A stretch of DNA of 64,000 nt from positions 32,001-96,000 of the forward strand of contig CAWAUM010000012.1 of NCBI GenBank assembly GCA_963785235.1, in the 5' to 3' direction. The notes beneath the pieces were generated by a model. That model was given only the letters and a program-made list of their open reading frames with translations, made no database searches and was not told the DNA's origin. Shown piece by piece: positions 47,901 to 56,870 of this stretch; position 1 is the first letter of the stretch, and each line of letters opens with the position of its first letter. The position numbers were made by a program, and so were the translations under genes. The stretch comes from an uncultured delta proteobacterium (lineage in GTDB: Bacteria > Desulfobacterota > Desulfomonilia > UBA1062).

Positions 47901-48433
47901 GGAATGGCATACCGTCCGGCAGTATCGATGATCACGGCCTGCTCGAAGAACCACCAGTCGCAGTTCTTTGTGCCGGAAAGCCCCGAGATCTGGGTCATCT
48001 CTGCAAAGGGGCTGCTGAGCTTGGCGCTCTTGATGGCCGTTGTCTTGCCCGAGGCGCTCTCGCCGATGACCATATACCACGGCAGCACATAGAGCGGGTT
48101 GCCGAGCTTCTTCAGATGTGAGCCCTTCAAGGCATCGACGGCCTCCTTGAAGCGGGACTGGAGGTCGGTGAACTGTTTGAGTTCATCGGCCTTGAGCGAT
48201 TTTACATAGGCATCGTCCTGTTCTACGATCCGGCTTACAAACTGCTGCTCCCTCCTTTTCATGAGGATCTGCTTGATCAGATAGACCGCAATGCCTATGC
48301 CGATCACACCAAGGAGCAGGAACAGGCCCACCCACCAGGGCCAGTTCAGCACAAGCACGATCCCGAAAATGACGAGCAGCGCCAGGAGGACCACCAGGCC
48401 GATAAGAATATATTTGAGTATTTGTTTTATCAT
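44987..48433 (-). CDS. tssM: T6SS membrane complex TssM/IcmF
   Basis: LYVLPWYMVIGESASGKTT, CDWWF, IDTAGRY, PVYVLVTKCD, LRGIFFSSG. Confidence 0.95.
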   Translation of the reverse strand: MIKQILKYILIGLVVLLALLVIFGIVLVLNWPWWVGLFLLLGVIGIGIAVYLIKQILMKRREQQFVSRIVEQDDAYVKSLKADELKQFTDLQSRFKEAVDALKGSHLKKLGNPLYVLPWYMVIGESASGKTTAIKSAKLSSPFAEMTQISGLSGTKNCDWWFFEQAVIIDTAGRYAIPVDEGRDRDEWQKFLNLLAKYRKKEPLNGLVVAVAADRLLQAGVEAIEEDGRQIRRRIDELMRVLGSKFPVYVLVTKCDLVQGMTEFCGQLDDEVLQQAFGAINHDLSQDYPGFIARALHTIAERLTKLRLVIFHRLETRTLDPALLLFPEEFSRLKTGCEAFMKGAFQANPYQETPMLRGIFFSSGRQEGTPYSHFLQALGLIEDREVLPGTSKGLFLHDFFAKILPRERSLFAPTRRALAWDRLTVNLGLLAWVAVGIALCGMLSFSFVKNLGIMRGFPTEFTRPIVLAGDMGADLDTMNRYKSAVLKVHDRNESWWIPRLGLSQSRDAEARLKRNYCTLFDERFLALYDRQLTVDIKGIAPSDQRIGEYIVYLVHRINLLKARLTGEDLSALMTRPMVVLSSAGQSPEGAKTFMQLYSYRLLWEDNVENLKKENAYLEDLLGQAIDKAQNLAWIALWINSSSPEAAVTLKGFWGGSINAAENIRVEPAFTLKGKGQIDSFLLDLESALTNPASIATRKAEFVTWYRSAYCEAWHAFGLNFGRGMERLGGSQEWRTLCAKAASSSGLYFLVLKRMADELKPFSSETMPDWMKFVYEFERTQTVATQLQTGAMAKAAETATKLKEKIQEKIGKEKAVDAATQGYNAARALNDYQGALGKIAASVGKSRSAAFQGASVAFGDDPAASPFMAAQSAVRRLNAESATASEGLWKLAYGPFDFLFAYACQESACHLQALWEKEVLVDIQGISDAAQLNQILFSPEGLATKFIKGPGAPFVGRDLKRGYYPKEVFGRALPFEQAFLGFFSRAKVGLAVTAMAAAASDNAVTVNGLPTESNDNARVQPHATKLLLQCMDSQQSIVNMNYPVSKVLTWSSQRCGGVIFSIEVGNLSLMKSYSGPEAFAKFLMEFGSGTRTFSPDEFPKEAAQLKGMGIRYIKVQYRFSGHQAVINQAKPTMSQPTAVPNKIVKCPAQ

Positions 48434-49101
48434 GGCACGATATTGAACAAGGTGCTGCTCACATTATGGAGCACAAAGGTATAGATGAGATACAGGACAC
48501 CGAACAGCGCGACCGGAAATGCCGCCAGGAGGATGCTCATCAGGTTGAACCTCGCTGCAGCCTTGACAGGCATATTCTCAGGGTACTCAGCCGGGTAGGC
48601 CTCAGGAAACAGCTCGCCTTTCTTCAGTGAAGGAAGTCCCACCGAGGCGCCAGTGAGGACCTTGAGGTTCGAGGTCTTGAGCTGTTCCAGCAGAAATCTG
48701 TCCTCCTCGTTCCCGTAGCGCCCCTTGAAGCCCATGGCGAGGCAGAGGTAGTAGACCTCACGCACATCGTTCTGGTGGGGCCCAAGATTGTTCAGGCGGT
48801 CGAAGAAGGACTCTCCTGCATTCGTGGTCTGATAGAACTTCAACTGGAGAGGCTCTCTCGTCCAGGCGAGCCTTTCACCCCAGGTGGAATTCATGACCGC
48901 CTCGTCTATCCAGGCACAGATGGCGAACCGCGCCTGGTCATAATCATCGGAAGCGAAGTCCACGCCCTTGCGCTGGCTCTCGGTGAGGAGCTGCATGATC
49001 CTCGACCTCACCGTCTCATAGGGCGATTGCCTTTTCTGTGCGGTCTTCAGGAAATAGACCACATAGGCGGTTGTGTCCACGAACGTTTCACTCAGGTGCA
49101 T
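48430..49101 (-). CDS. tssL: T6SS TssL/DotU
   Basis: AICAWIDE, PLQ, NAGESFF, EVYYLCLAMGFKGRY; C-terminal TM helix. Confidence 0.95.
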   Translation of the reverse strand: MHLSETFVDTTAYVVYFLKTAQKRQSPYETVRSRIMQLLTESQRKGVDFASDDYDQARFAICAWIDEAVMNSTWGERLAWTREPLQLKFYQTTNAGESFFDRLNNLGPHQNDVREVYYLCLAMGFKGRYGNEEDRFLLEQLKTSNLKVLTGASVGLPSLKKGELFPEAYPAEYPENMPVKAAARFNLMSILLAAFPVALFGVLYLIYTFVLHNVSSTLFNIVP

Positions 49102-49104
49102 AGC

Positions 49105-50493
49105 CTACCCCCTTCCCACCACCATGAGCTCCACCTTGAGGTCCTCAGGCGCCGATTCCCAGAAAAGGGCCATGTTGCGGCCCTTGATGATAGCGGCAAA
49201 CTGCTCGGAGTTATGGTCGACCTGGAAATACACTGCGTCTGCGCGGCGCGGAAGCTCCTGGGGCACACGGTCGAGGTGCGTTATGCCCGCACCGGGCAGG
49301 GCCCGTACGATGAGAATCGGCAGGTTCTCCCGCGAGCTCAGCTTGGCGCCTGTCGCCAGGGCACTCAGCACTGCCTTGGCATCCTGCGCAGTGGCCACCA
49401 TCAGATAAAACCGGTTTCTGCCCTCGAATATGGCAGGCGGCAGATCGGATGAATAATAGGTGCCGTCGTAGTTGAGCGCGAATACATACTCGGGGCCTGC
49501 GGTTATCTCGTCGAGCAGTGAGGTGATCACACTCTGGGCCCGGGAGAAACAGCCCCAGAGGTTCAGGTGGTTATACCTGGGGAGCTCGGAAGATCCGTCT
49601 ATGGTATCACCCGATACACTATACTGTTCGGAAAAGCTGGAAAGCTCACCGATGAGCTGCCTGAGCAGACCGTAGACTGTCCAGGGATGCCCTGTTGATT
49701 CGCTCAGGTGAAAGAGCTGGGGAATATAGCGGTTGAGCGACCTCAAAGCCAGGAGATAGACCATGTCACGGCTGCCGAACTCGGCGTTATGAATGCCCCT
49801 GTCGCGTTTGAATCCCTCGAGCTGGTATCCGCGCGATGCAATCTGGTCGCGGATCTCTTTCACGATCTTTTCCAGGACGCCTGCGGCATTGATGGCCAGA
49901 CTCGGTGGGATGAAGCTGCCGGAGAGCACGACTTCTTCCCCCTGCCGTTCGATCTGCGCAATGGGCATGGTCTCGTAATCGCCGAAAAAGTCTTTTTCCG
50001 TCTCCCAGAGGATCTTGAGTGCGTATTTCATCCTCCTGACCTGGGCGGAAGGTCCGCTCTCATGGAGGTCCCTGACCTCCTCCGTAGTGGCCTCAGAAAT
50101 GAAGCGGGTATTCACACCGGTCAGGTTCTCGGTCCCGCTAAGGGTGGTGACATTCTCTCCCACCGGGTTGAACCTGCGGATGCCCAGGTAGATGGTGAAC
50201 GGTTTTCCGCCGTCTACCCAGTCGCTATCGAACTTGCGCGGCTGCACTACGGCATTGTCAGGGACAACGGCATAGGTCATGTCCGGAAAGACGAATTCAC
50301 CGCTGTCGAGCTGGAAGCTCCCGGTACCCAGCGCGGCCTGCCGGATCTCCATCCTGGCCGCTCCCCAGAAATGGGGAACAAGATATTTCTGGAGCGGGGC
50401 AAGGAGCGAGGCGTGATAAAGATCGGACAACTGGAAGTGCTGTGGCTGGAGAAACAGCCCCTGATGCCATAAGAGTGGTCTTTCCATTCTCAA
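49105..50493 (-). CDS. tssK: T6SS baseplate subunit TssK
   Basis: WHQGLFLQPQHFQ, FIPPSL, YNHLNL, ALPG. Confidence 0.95.
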   Translation of the reverse strand: MRMERPLLWHQGLFLQPQHFQLSDLYHASLLAPLQKYLVPHFWGAARMEIRQAALGTGSFQLDSGEFVFPDMTYAVVPDNAVVQPRKFDSDWVDGGKPFTIYLGIRRFNPVGENVTTLSGTENLTGVNTRFISEATTEEVRDLHESGPSAQVRRMKYALKILWETEKDFFGDYETMPIAQIERQGEEVVLSGSFIPPSLAINAAGVLEKIVKEIRDQIASRGYQLEGFKRDRGIHNAEFGSRDMVYLLALRSLNRYIPQLFHLSESTGHPWTVYGLLRQLIGELSSFSEQYSVSGDTIDGSSELPRYNHLNLWGCFSRAQSVITSLLDEITAGPEYVFALNYDGTYYSSDLPPAIFEGRNRFYLMVATAQDAKAVLSALATGAKLSSRENLPILIVRALPGAGITHLDRVPQELPRRADAVYFQVDHNSEQFAAIIKGRNMALFWESAPEDLKVELMVVGRG

Positions 50494-50522
50494 TCCCTTC
50501 TATGAAGATAGCATTATCCCTT

Positions 50523-51131
50523 CTATACGGATGGCCCTGATGAATCCTTTGAATCCTTCCTCTTCACCGGCTTGGTTTCCTTTTCGGGCTTTGCTTCCTT
50601 TTCCGGCTGCGGGTCCTGGAGCTGACGGGACGCAAGGATCAGACTGATATCAAGTTTGTCGGGCCTGGTGGTCTTGTTCAGCCAGAGAAATCCCGACCGT
50701 TCCGTGATCTCGGGTATCTTGTAGAGCCTGGTGATCTTTTCCTTGTCAATGGTATAGTATCCTGCCACCAGGGCAACGTACTTCGCCCCTTCCGCCCTGT
50801 CCAGCTTGATGTTCAGGTCCTTGCCGGGACTGGCCACTATCTGCTTGCTCACCGCAACACCGGCAGGGTCAAAGACCGAACATTCCAAAAGGCTGTACAG
50901 GCCGGCCCGGCTCCCGGCCAGCTGATTGAAGGCGTTGGGGCTCATGAGCTGGTAGACGCAGATCACCAGGGCATGGGCCTTCTTGTCCTTATAGTTGAGC
51001 TGCTTGTCCGCCTTGAGGTGAAGCTCTATGGCATCCTTCTCATACCCGTACTTCACCGGCTCCACAGGCGCAGATGCGCACGAGAAGATAAAAGGAGCAA
51101 GGAAGAGACATACCAGGACAGCCCTTCGCAT
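50523..51131 (-). CDS. tssJ: T6SS lipoprotein TssJ
   Basis: Lipobox IFSC; LN...CVYQL, PG...LDRAEGAKYVALVAGY. Confidence 0.9.
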   Translation of the reverse strand: MRRAVLVCLFLAPFIFSCASAPVEPVKYGYEKDAIELHLKADKQLNYKDKKAHALVICVYQLMSPNAFNQLAGSRAGLYSLLECSVFDPAGVAVSKQIVASPGKDLNIKLDRAEGAKYVALVAGYYTIDKEKITRLYKIPEITERSGFLWLNKTTRPDKLDISLILASRQLQDPQPEKEAKPEKETKPVKRKDSKDSSGPSV

Positions 51132-51862
51132 TATCCACCCCCTGTTTGCGTGAATGATTTCTGGCAATTCTTCTCGAACTGCCTGAGAAAGTCCAGCAGG
51201 AAACGTTCCGATTCATACCATTTTTTCACCCGTTTGTACTTCTCTTCAAAGAGATCAAAGGACTCGGCCTTTTTCAAAGGCCCGATCTTGAAGCCGCCTC
51301 CCGCACCTTCCATACCCTTGGGATCGAGTTCGGTCATGATATGGGCCGCCATGGTGCGCGCGGCCTCCTTGGATGACTGCTGGGCAGTGAGAAAGGCCTT
51401 CTTGATCCGGCCGAGGTACTGCTCGATGGATTGCACTTCACCGTGGCCCGATAGGCTGGTGCCGATGATCTGCCTGATGGTTTCATCGCCTGCCGGATTA
51501 GCACCCAGGGTTGAATCGATCAGGCCGATGAGTTCATTGAGCATGGAGAATACGGTGTTCAGGGAATACGCCAGCCTGCTCAAGAGCTCGGGCGTGCTCA
51601 GGTCCCCGGAAATATCCCTTCCCAGGAGCAACGGCACAAGACGCTCAAGGAAATCACTACCCGGGTCTTCAGGCATCCCAGGTTGCACAGCAGGGAAAAC
51701 GTCCTCCAGCTGCTCGATGACTTCAAGGCGCCCTGCAGGGTCAAGCCCTTTGAGCTCCTGGGCAAGAAAGGCCTCGATCTTCTCCCGGGCCTGATCTGGA
51801 TTCGGGATAGAGAAGCCCCTTAGGGCATCTGCGAGGCCTTTAATGGATGGTGCCTTTGTCAT
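51131..51862 (-). CDS. T6SS accessory protein resembling the TagH C-terminal domain, no FHA
   Basis: IMTELDPKGME...KAESFDLFEEKY...FLRQFEK; sits just upstream of tssJ. Confidence 0.55.
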   Translation of the reverse strand: MTKAPSIKGLADALRGFSIPNPDQAREKIEAFLAQELKGLDPAGRLEVIEQLEDVFPAVQPGMPEDPGSDFLERLVPLLLGRDISGDLSTPELLSRLAYSLNTVFSMLNELIGLIDSTLGANPAGDETIRQIIGTSLSGHGEVQSIEQYLGRIKKAFLTAQQSSKEAARTMAAHIMTELDPKGMEGAGGGFKIGPLKKAESFDLFEEKYKRVKKWYESERFLLDFLRQFEKNCQKSFTQTGGG

Positions 51863-51884
51863 GGATATATTCTTATCTCCTCCG

Positions 51885-53981
51885 TCACTTCTTCTCCGGC
51901 TTCAGGATCACGGTCTCTTCCAATTCATCCTTGTCCTTTGCCACGGTCTTTTTCACAGCGTCTGCCTGTGCGACCTTTGCCGGGGCACCCATGACGAGAG
52001 TCTCGTCAAGTTCATCTTCAGCAGGCCTTTTCAGAGGCTCTTCCTTTGCCTTCGGGGTCACCCTTGAGGGACCTGGGCTCATGACAACTGTCTTGTCCAG
52101 GTCAACAGGTTCCTTTATTGAGACAGGGGCAACAGGTGAAGCGCCGGGATGCCGCATGATGATTGTCTCGGTGCTGAAGTCTTCATCTTCTAGGGCTGCA
52201 GCACCTTGTTGCTGCGGCCTGGCCGTCAGGACCACGGTCTGGGAATACTCGTCTTTTGCCTCTGCCTGAACAGAAGGTTCAGCAGGTGTTATGATGACCG
52301 TTGCCTCACCATCTTCGAGTGCTGATACGCCTTGCTGCTGCAACGCCGTAGCAGCGGTCTCAGGTTTCTTATCCGCAGGTGCAACCGGTATTTCCTGAGC
52401 CCACTTTGACTTGATCTGCTTGAGGATAAGCCCTATCTGGGCATCATGGGAACGTTCCTTTCCAGGGGCCTCTCCAGGGGCCTCCGGGAATGCCTGTTCC
52501 ACCGGTGCCTCAAGGAACAGCTCCTTTCTGATTTCATCAATGAGATCATGAAAGGCCTGCCATAACTCATCAAGCAGAAAACCGGGTTTCCCGGCATCCA
52601 CCAGCAGCGCCCTGCCTATATCAAGTGCCTTATCCCAGAGCCCTTTCCACTTCATTGGCACAGGCCCGGGCTCCCAGAAGATATTTCCCGGCCCGAAAAC
52701 AGGCATATCTTTACGAATCTGTTTCTCTTTCAACACCGCCATGATCTCATCATTGATGACCCGGATATCCTGTGAGCTGTTTCTCAGAAGGGCATGGAAC
52801 CAGAGCATGCCCATGCAGTGGGCCGCATAGTCGGACCCGGGGGACAAGAGCACCCCGGGAATCTCCGGCTCCATATCCACGAGCGTGAGCTTGAATGTCC
52901 AAAAGGCAGGCAGGAGGCTGCCCTGTTCCGGGATCTGCACCCACAGGTTATCAAGGGAGGGTCCGAATCCGGGGTAGGTGAATCTTCTTTTATCCGACAG
53001 GACATACCCAGCAACCTCGCCCAGGAAACAGAGCTTCAGATAGAGGATCTCCAGAAACTCACGCGCCTGCCCGGCAAACAGCAACGGCGAGGCAGCGCGG
53101 TCCCTAAGGAGGCCCACAAGCTCCTTCCGGGCAAAATGTCTTTGTGAATCCAGGGTCTGTTCAATCTCTTCAAAGGGTGCACCTGAAAGCAGCGAGAGGT
53201 AGTCGCAGGCATTGAGCGAAGCAGCCTCGAACATGAGCAGATAGAAGGGATAGAAGGCAACCGGGGTGATAATGGAAAGGACATGCCTGTCCTGGTAACA
53301 TGCGGTGTGCTCGGGACAACGGATGCAGGGCAGATCACCGTTCGAAAGCCCGCCGAACCCCATGATGAGTTCCGCTGTTCCCTTTACGCGGGCAGGGTCT
53401 GTGGCATCCAGGGCATATGAGTAAAAGTTTCCATCACCTTCCTTTAGGCTGCATACAGGGCATGCAAGGTAGCGCGAGGGCGAGGTTGAGTAGGGCTTAA
53501 GGCCTGCCTCCCCAAGGAGCTTGTCATCCCGGCACAGCTCAAGCAACTTGCCGCATTGCGGGCAGGGGGGATGGAAGAACTGCCTGACCTTTGCACAGTA
53601 GAAGATCGACCTGAACTGTTCAAGGCCGCCCTTCTTATCACTCTGGGCTGAAAGGGTAATGAGAGGACCGCCCTGGGAGTGATTCCTGAAGGCATCCTGC
53701 CAGGCGGAATCGATATCCGTATTGGTTAATGGATTAAGGCCTGCCCCGGCAAGGGGATAATCATCCCTGGAGATCAGGAGGAAAACATGCTTCAAGACGC
53801 TAAGAGCATCGCTTTGAATCCTGGCCTTGATGATACGCGTCAGGGCAGAGGTATCATTGATGATCTCAAAAGGGAACAGGGGAGCGGTTTGAGTATTCTG
53901 ACCGCTGAAGCCCGAAACCAAACCCAGGGAAAAGGGTGTCTTGGTGCCGGTGATATAGTGAAGCAATGAAGGATCAGCCAT
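51885..53981 (-). CDS. Cys-rich hypothetical protein with repeated acidic-Thr motifs, first gene of the T6SS operon
   Basis: CPQC, CPVC, CIRC...C; C-terminal tail with six [DE]..T[VIL][VI][ILM] motifs. Confidence 0.7.
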   Translation of the reverse strand: MADPSLLHYITGTKTPFSLGLVSGFSGQNTQTAPLFPFEIINDTSALTRIIKARIQSDALSVLKHVFLLISRDDYPLAGAGLNPLTNTDIDSAWQDAFRNHSQGGPLITLSAQSDKKGGLEQFRSIFYCAKVRQFFHPPCPQCGKLLELCRDDKLLGEAGLKPYSTSPSRYLACPVCSLKEGDGNFYSYALDATDPARVKGTAELIMGFGGLSNGDLPCIRCPEHTACYQDRHVLSIITPVAFYPFYLLMFEAASLNACDYLSLLSGAPFEEIEQTLDSQRHFARKELVGLLRDRAASPLLFAGQAREFLEILYLKLCFLGEVAGYVLSDKRRFTYPGFGPSLDNLWVQIPEQGSLLPAFWTFKLTLVDMEPEIPGVLLSPGSDYAAHCMGMLWFHALLRNSSQDIRVINDEIMAVLKEKQIRKDMPVFGPGNIFWEPGPVPMKWKGLWDKALDIGRALLVDAGKPGFLLDELWQAFHDLIDEIRKELFLEAPVEQAFPEAPGEAPGKERSHDAQIGLILKQIKSKWAQEIPVAPADKKPETAATALQQQGVSALEDGEATVIITPAEPSVQAEAKDEYSQTVVLTARPQQQGAAALEDEDFSTETIIMRHPGASPVAPVSIKEPVDLDKTVVMSPGPSRVTPKAKEEPLKRPAEDELDETLVMGAPAKVAQADAVKKTVAKDKDELEETVILKPEKK

Positions 53982-54352
53982 TACTTACAGCTCCGCTAAG
54001 AGGGGTGCATAGCACTGAGAGATATTTGTATTTTCTGTGATGCCGGTTGTAAATATCATGTTCGCATTTCAATAATATACAGATAATTAACTCTATATTT
54101 ATCCCATTACCTTGTCAAGGCAACACGAGCGTGAATGAGATTTTTTAAGGGTTATCCGGTTAAAGCATTCTTTATCTTATGGCGTGAACAGATTTAAGCT
54201 TTAGGGTAGGAGAATGATGGGTCTGGTCTTTTTTTACTTATTGGGACACAGATAATCTTTTTAAAAATGGCAAAAAAGGACCCTTTATTCTCACTTATTC
54301 ATACCTTGTGCATGCTTCATTTGTACGGATTGCCGGGATTGCGCTGTTTTTG

Positions 54353-54383
54353 TGTACCCATACCCGATGGGCTCGCCTACACC
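54353..54383 (-). promoter_or_regulatory. Candidate SECIS hairpin after the second UGA
   Basis: GUGUA-GGCGAG-CCCAU-CGGGU-AUGGG-UACAC. Confidence 0.65.
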
Positions 54384-54589
54384 CCTCAGGAACCGCCGTA
54401 CCCCACCTTAACCTTTCCAGCATCCACGATGAGCGGCACCTGGCGTTTTCCGCCCGACAGCTTGAGCATCTCCTGGAGCCGTGCATTGTCTTTTTTCACA
54501 TCATAATACGTTGCTTTATCCCCATAGGCCGACCTGGCCTGGTCGGTATAGGGTCAGCCGGCCTTACCGTAGATAATGATCTCTGACAT
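54377..54589 (-). CDS. Glutaredoxin-like selenoprotein with two Sec (UXX-star type), 70 aa
   Basis: MSEIIIYGKAGUPYTDQARSAYGDKATYYDVKKDNARLQEMLKLSGGKRQVPLIVDAGKVKVGYGGSUGV*; TGA at 54554-54556 and 54386-54388; GGAGG RBS; hairpins after both TGA. Confidence 0.88.
54520..54553 (-). promoter_or_regulatory. Candidate SECIS hairpin after the first UGA
   Basis: CCCUAUA-CCGACC-AGGCCA-GGUCGG-CC-UAUGGGG. Confidence 0.7.
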
Positions 54590-55173
54590 AAAAAACCTCC
54601 AGATTATATCTGGGTATACTATAAGAGAAGCAATGAATCCAAAAGGACATTCCCATTCAAAATATGACTACACAGATTGTCGGATGATGTTAAAAAATCT
54701 CCTAATCACTATCAGATTCAATATCGTAAAAGGTACCTTTGGAAAGGTAAAAAAATAGCAAGTGAAATGTTCTATAATATGATCGCTTGACCGACCTAGT
54801 GATAACGAAGGGCACCCTAAAGGGAAGGATGAGAAAATTGGAAAAACGATCTTTCCATACTTGAATTGCCATCTCTTCAAGGCTTGGGAAACGATCATCT
54901 AACATACATTCAGCCACCTTCTCATCATGAGCATTAAACCACAATATTGAATATGGGATGTGAGAAGTGAGTGCTGGTCATCCATAACTTTCTCCATCAA
55001 ACTCCCTTTGATGGTATTTAAAAACTCGTTGGAGATAGCGTATTCCTGATTCGCATCATTAGCAAGTATTAAATTTCTACTATAGCGCATTCTATCTTTT
55101 TTTCTTTTAAGCAATAGGGTTTGTTTTATCAGTGATTTCGTGACAGCAATTCTGTTACTTATATATTCCCGAA

Positions 55174-55980
55174 TTAAAGACCTTGAAAGAACATCTGGTA
55201 GAGCGTCAGCAGGATCTCAAGCACGATGAGGATCACGATATACCATTCCACGCGAAGCGAGCGTTTGTTCCTGAGAATATCGAGAAGCGTCTCTGCTGTC
55301 TGGGCGATAAGGCTTAACTTGCGCTCAAGGGCCAGGTGCCGCTCTTTGAGCTCGTACTCGCTCTGGAGCCTGATATAGAGGCGCTCAAGGTCGGGCTGGT
55401 CCCAGAGGAGGTCAGGTTTTTCAGCCACTTCCACCCTGCCCACCATCCGCTGCTGGATGAGCAGCGTGTTCCCGATGAATCGCAGGAGGTCATTGCCCTG
55501 GCGGGAGCCCCTGCCTTTATTGAGGTTTGCAGCAAGTGGTTCTATAAGATCAAAAGCCGCGGCCACGCCTGCCTCGTAGTGCGCGAGCATAACCGATTTG
55601 GCAAGTGCATCCGACACAACCTGGATATAATCCACTCTGAAATGTCTCAAGTGCAACGCGCCGTTCTCGAATACCCCTTCCCGCCCCTGGTCCAACATGA
55701 TCCCCAGGTCTTCTGTCTGGGGGTGAGAGTAGGGTTCCTCTATCAGGGGTTTGATCTGCGCGACAAAGTTCGCCTCTTCCAAGGGGTCGAGCCCGAAAAG
55801 GACTACCGCTCCGTAACGGAACAGGACAGCGCAGCCATGATCACCCACAGCTACGACAAGAGGCGCCAGTGCCATCCTGCGGCCCGTTTCCAGCGCCCGC
55901 AGGTCTATGCGTTCACCGAGACAGAAGGCACGGGCCTTTATTGTCTTCCGGCCAGGGAAAAGATCGTCTTCCATGGGCAA
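55174..55980 (-). CDS. RMD1/DUF155-family protein
   Basis: LFRYGAVVLFG, ALAKSVML, KPDLLWD, EYELKER, SLRVEWYIVILI. Confidence 0.9.
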   Translation of the reverse strand: MPMEDDLFPGRKTIKARAFCLGERIDLRALETGRRMALAPLVVAVGDHGCAVLFRYGAVVLFGLDPLEEANFVAQIKPLIEEPYSHPQTEDLGIMLDQGREGVFENGALHLRHFRVDYIQVVSDALAKSVMLAHYEAGVAAAFDLIEPLAANLNKGRGSRQGNDLLRFIGNTLLIQQRMVGRVEVAEKPDLLWDQPDLERLYIRLQSEYELKERHLALERKLSLIAQTAETLLDILRNKRSLRVEWYIVILIVLEILLTLYQMFFQGL

Positions 55981-56162
55981 CCTCTTAGCCTTATTTTTCG
56001 TTAAGCGTCTGGATTAATGGTGCAATATCAAGTATCTCCTCTTCCGAGGAATAAATCAATGTCCAATCAATCTACCTCATAAAACCAATCGATTATCGAG
56101 AGGAAAATGTGCTAATGGTTCCCGGGCAAGGAATGAAAGATTATCTTCCTTAAGAAGGTCTT

Positions 56163-56711
56163 ATGGACTGGAATCCAAAAGATTATGAAGAAAACATAAA
56201 AACCGCCCTGCAGGGATTGAAACGCCGGGAAACGGATATTGTCCAGCTGGTCGAGAAGGCGCTTCAAGGCGTTTCAAGACCGAACACTGTTACTGTATCA
56301 TTTATTAAAAACATTGCAGATCCTTCTGTTTGGGTCGATGATGAACGGATCTTCAAAGCACTGGTCAATCTGATGACCAATGCCGTTGAGGCCATGCCCG
56401 AAGGTGGCGAGCTGACCATCGACATGGAAGGCAACGATGACCAGGTCACTATTACGATCCAGGATAGCGGCCACGGCATCTCTGAAAAAAATATGGACAA
56501 CCTCTTCACCCCTTTCTTCACCACAAAGCCTGTGGGAGAAGGGACCGGCCTGGGGCTGCCATTTGCCTATGGGGCCGTCAAGATGCATTCGGGGCAGTTA
56601 ACCGTCGAATCCAATGCCGATGCTGCAAAGGGACCTACGGGGACGCGGATAAAGATTATCCTGCCGCGGGCAAGGCCTGACTTGTCAAAAGTTATCATTG
56701 ATGAGGAATGA
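56163..56711 (+). CDS. Stand-alone histidine-kinase ATPase (HATPase_c) domain protein
   Basis: NLMTNAVEA, DSGHGI, FTPFFTTK, GTGLGL; no H-box or sensor domain. Confidence 0.8.
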   Translation: MDWNPKDYEENIKTALQGLKRRETDIVQLVEKALQGVSRPNTVTVSFIKNIADPSVWVDDERIFKALVNLMTNAVEAMPEGGELTIDMEGNDDQVTITIQDSGHGISEKNMDNLFTPFFTTKPVGEGTGLGLPFAYGAVKMHSGQLTVESNADAAKGPTGTRIKIILPRARPDLSKVIIDEE

Positions 56712-56748
56712 ATAGTCATATGAGGCATCTTGTATAACTTAAAAAAGG

Positions 56749-56818
56749 TGTCGCCCTCGCGAAAGCACAGGGCCAGAAGTTCTTAAAAAGACTGGATTCC
56801 CGCTTCCGCGGGAATGAC
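56749..56818. repeat. REP-like double palindrome, copy 2 (left arm degenerate)
   Basis: Shares CTGGATTCCCGCTTCCGCGGGAATGAC with copy 1; lies between convergent genes. Confidence 0.8.
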
Positions 56819-56870
56819 TAATTCGGACTTTGCAATTGGCTCATATAGAGACACTGTTCTTGTCAGCTTC

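Noticed and set aside
54267-54586. Short ORFs listed in the track at this locus
   Set aside because: Better explained by the minus-strand selenoprotein frame, which has an RBS, glutaredoxin motifs and hairpins
54600-55150. AT-rich stretch with short overlapping minus-strand ORFs
   Set aside because: May be a broken foreign gene, but no family or reliable start can be supported
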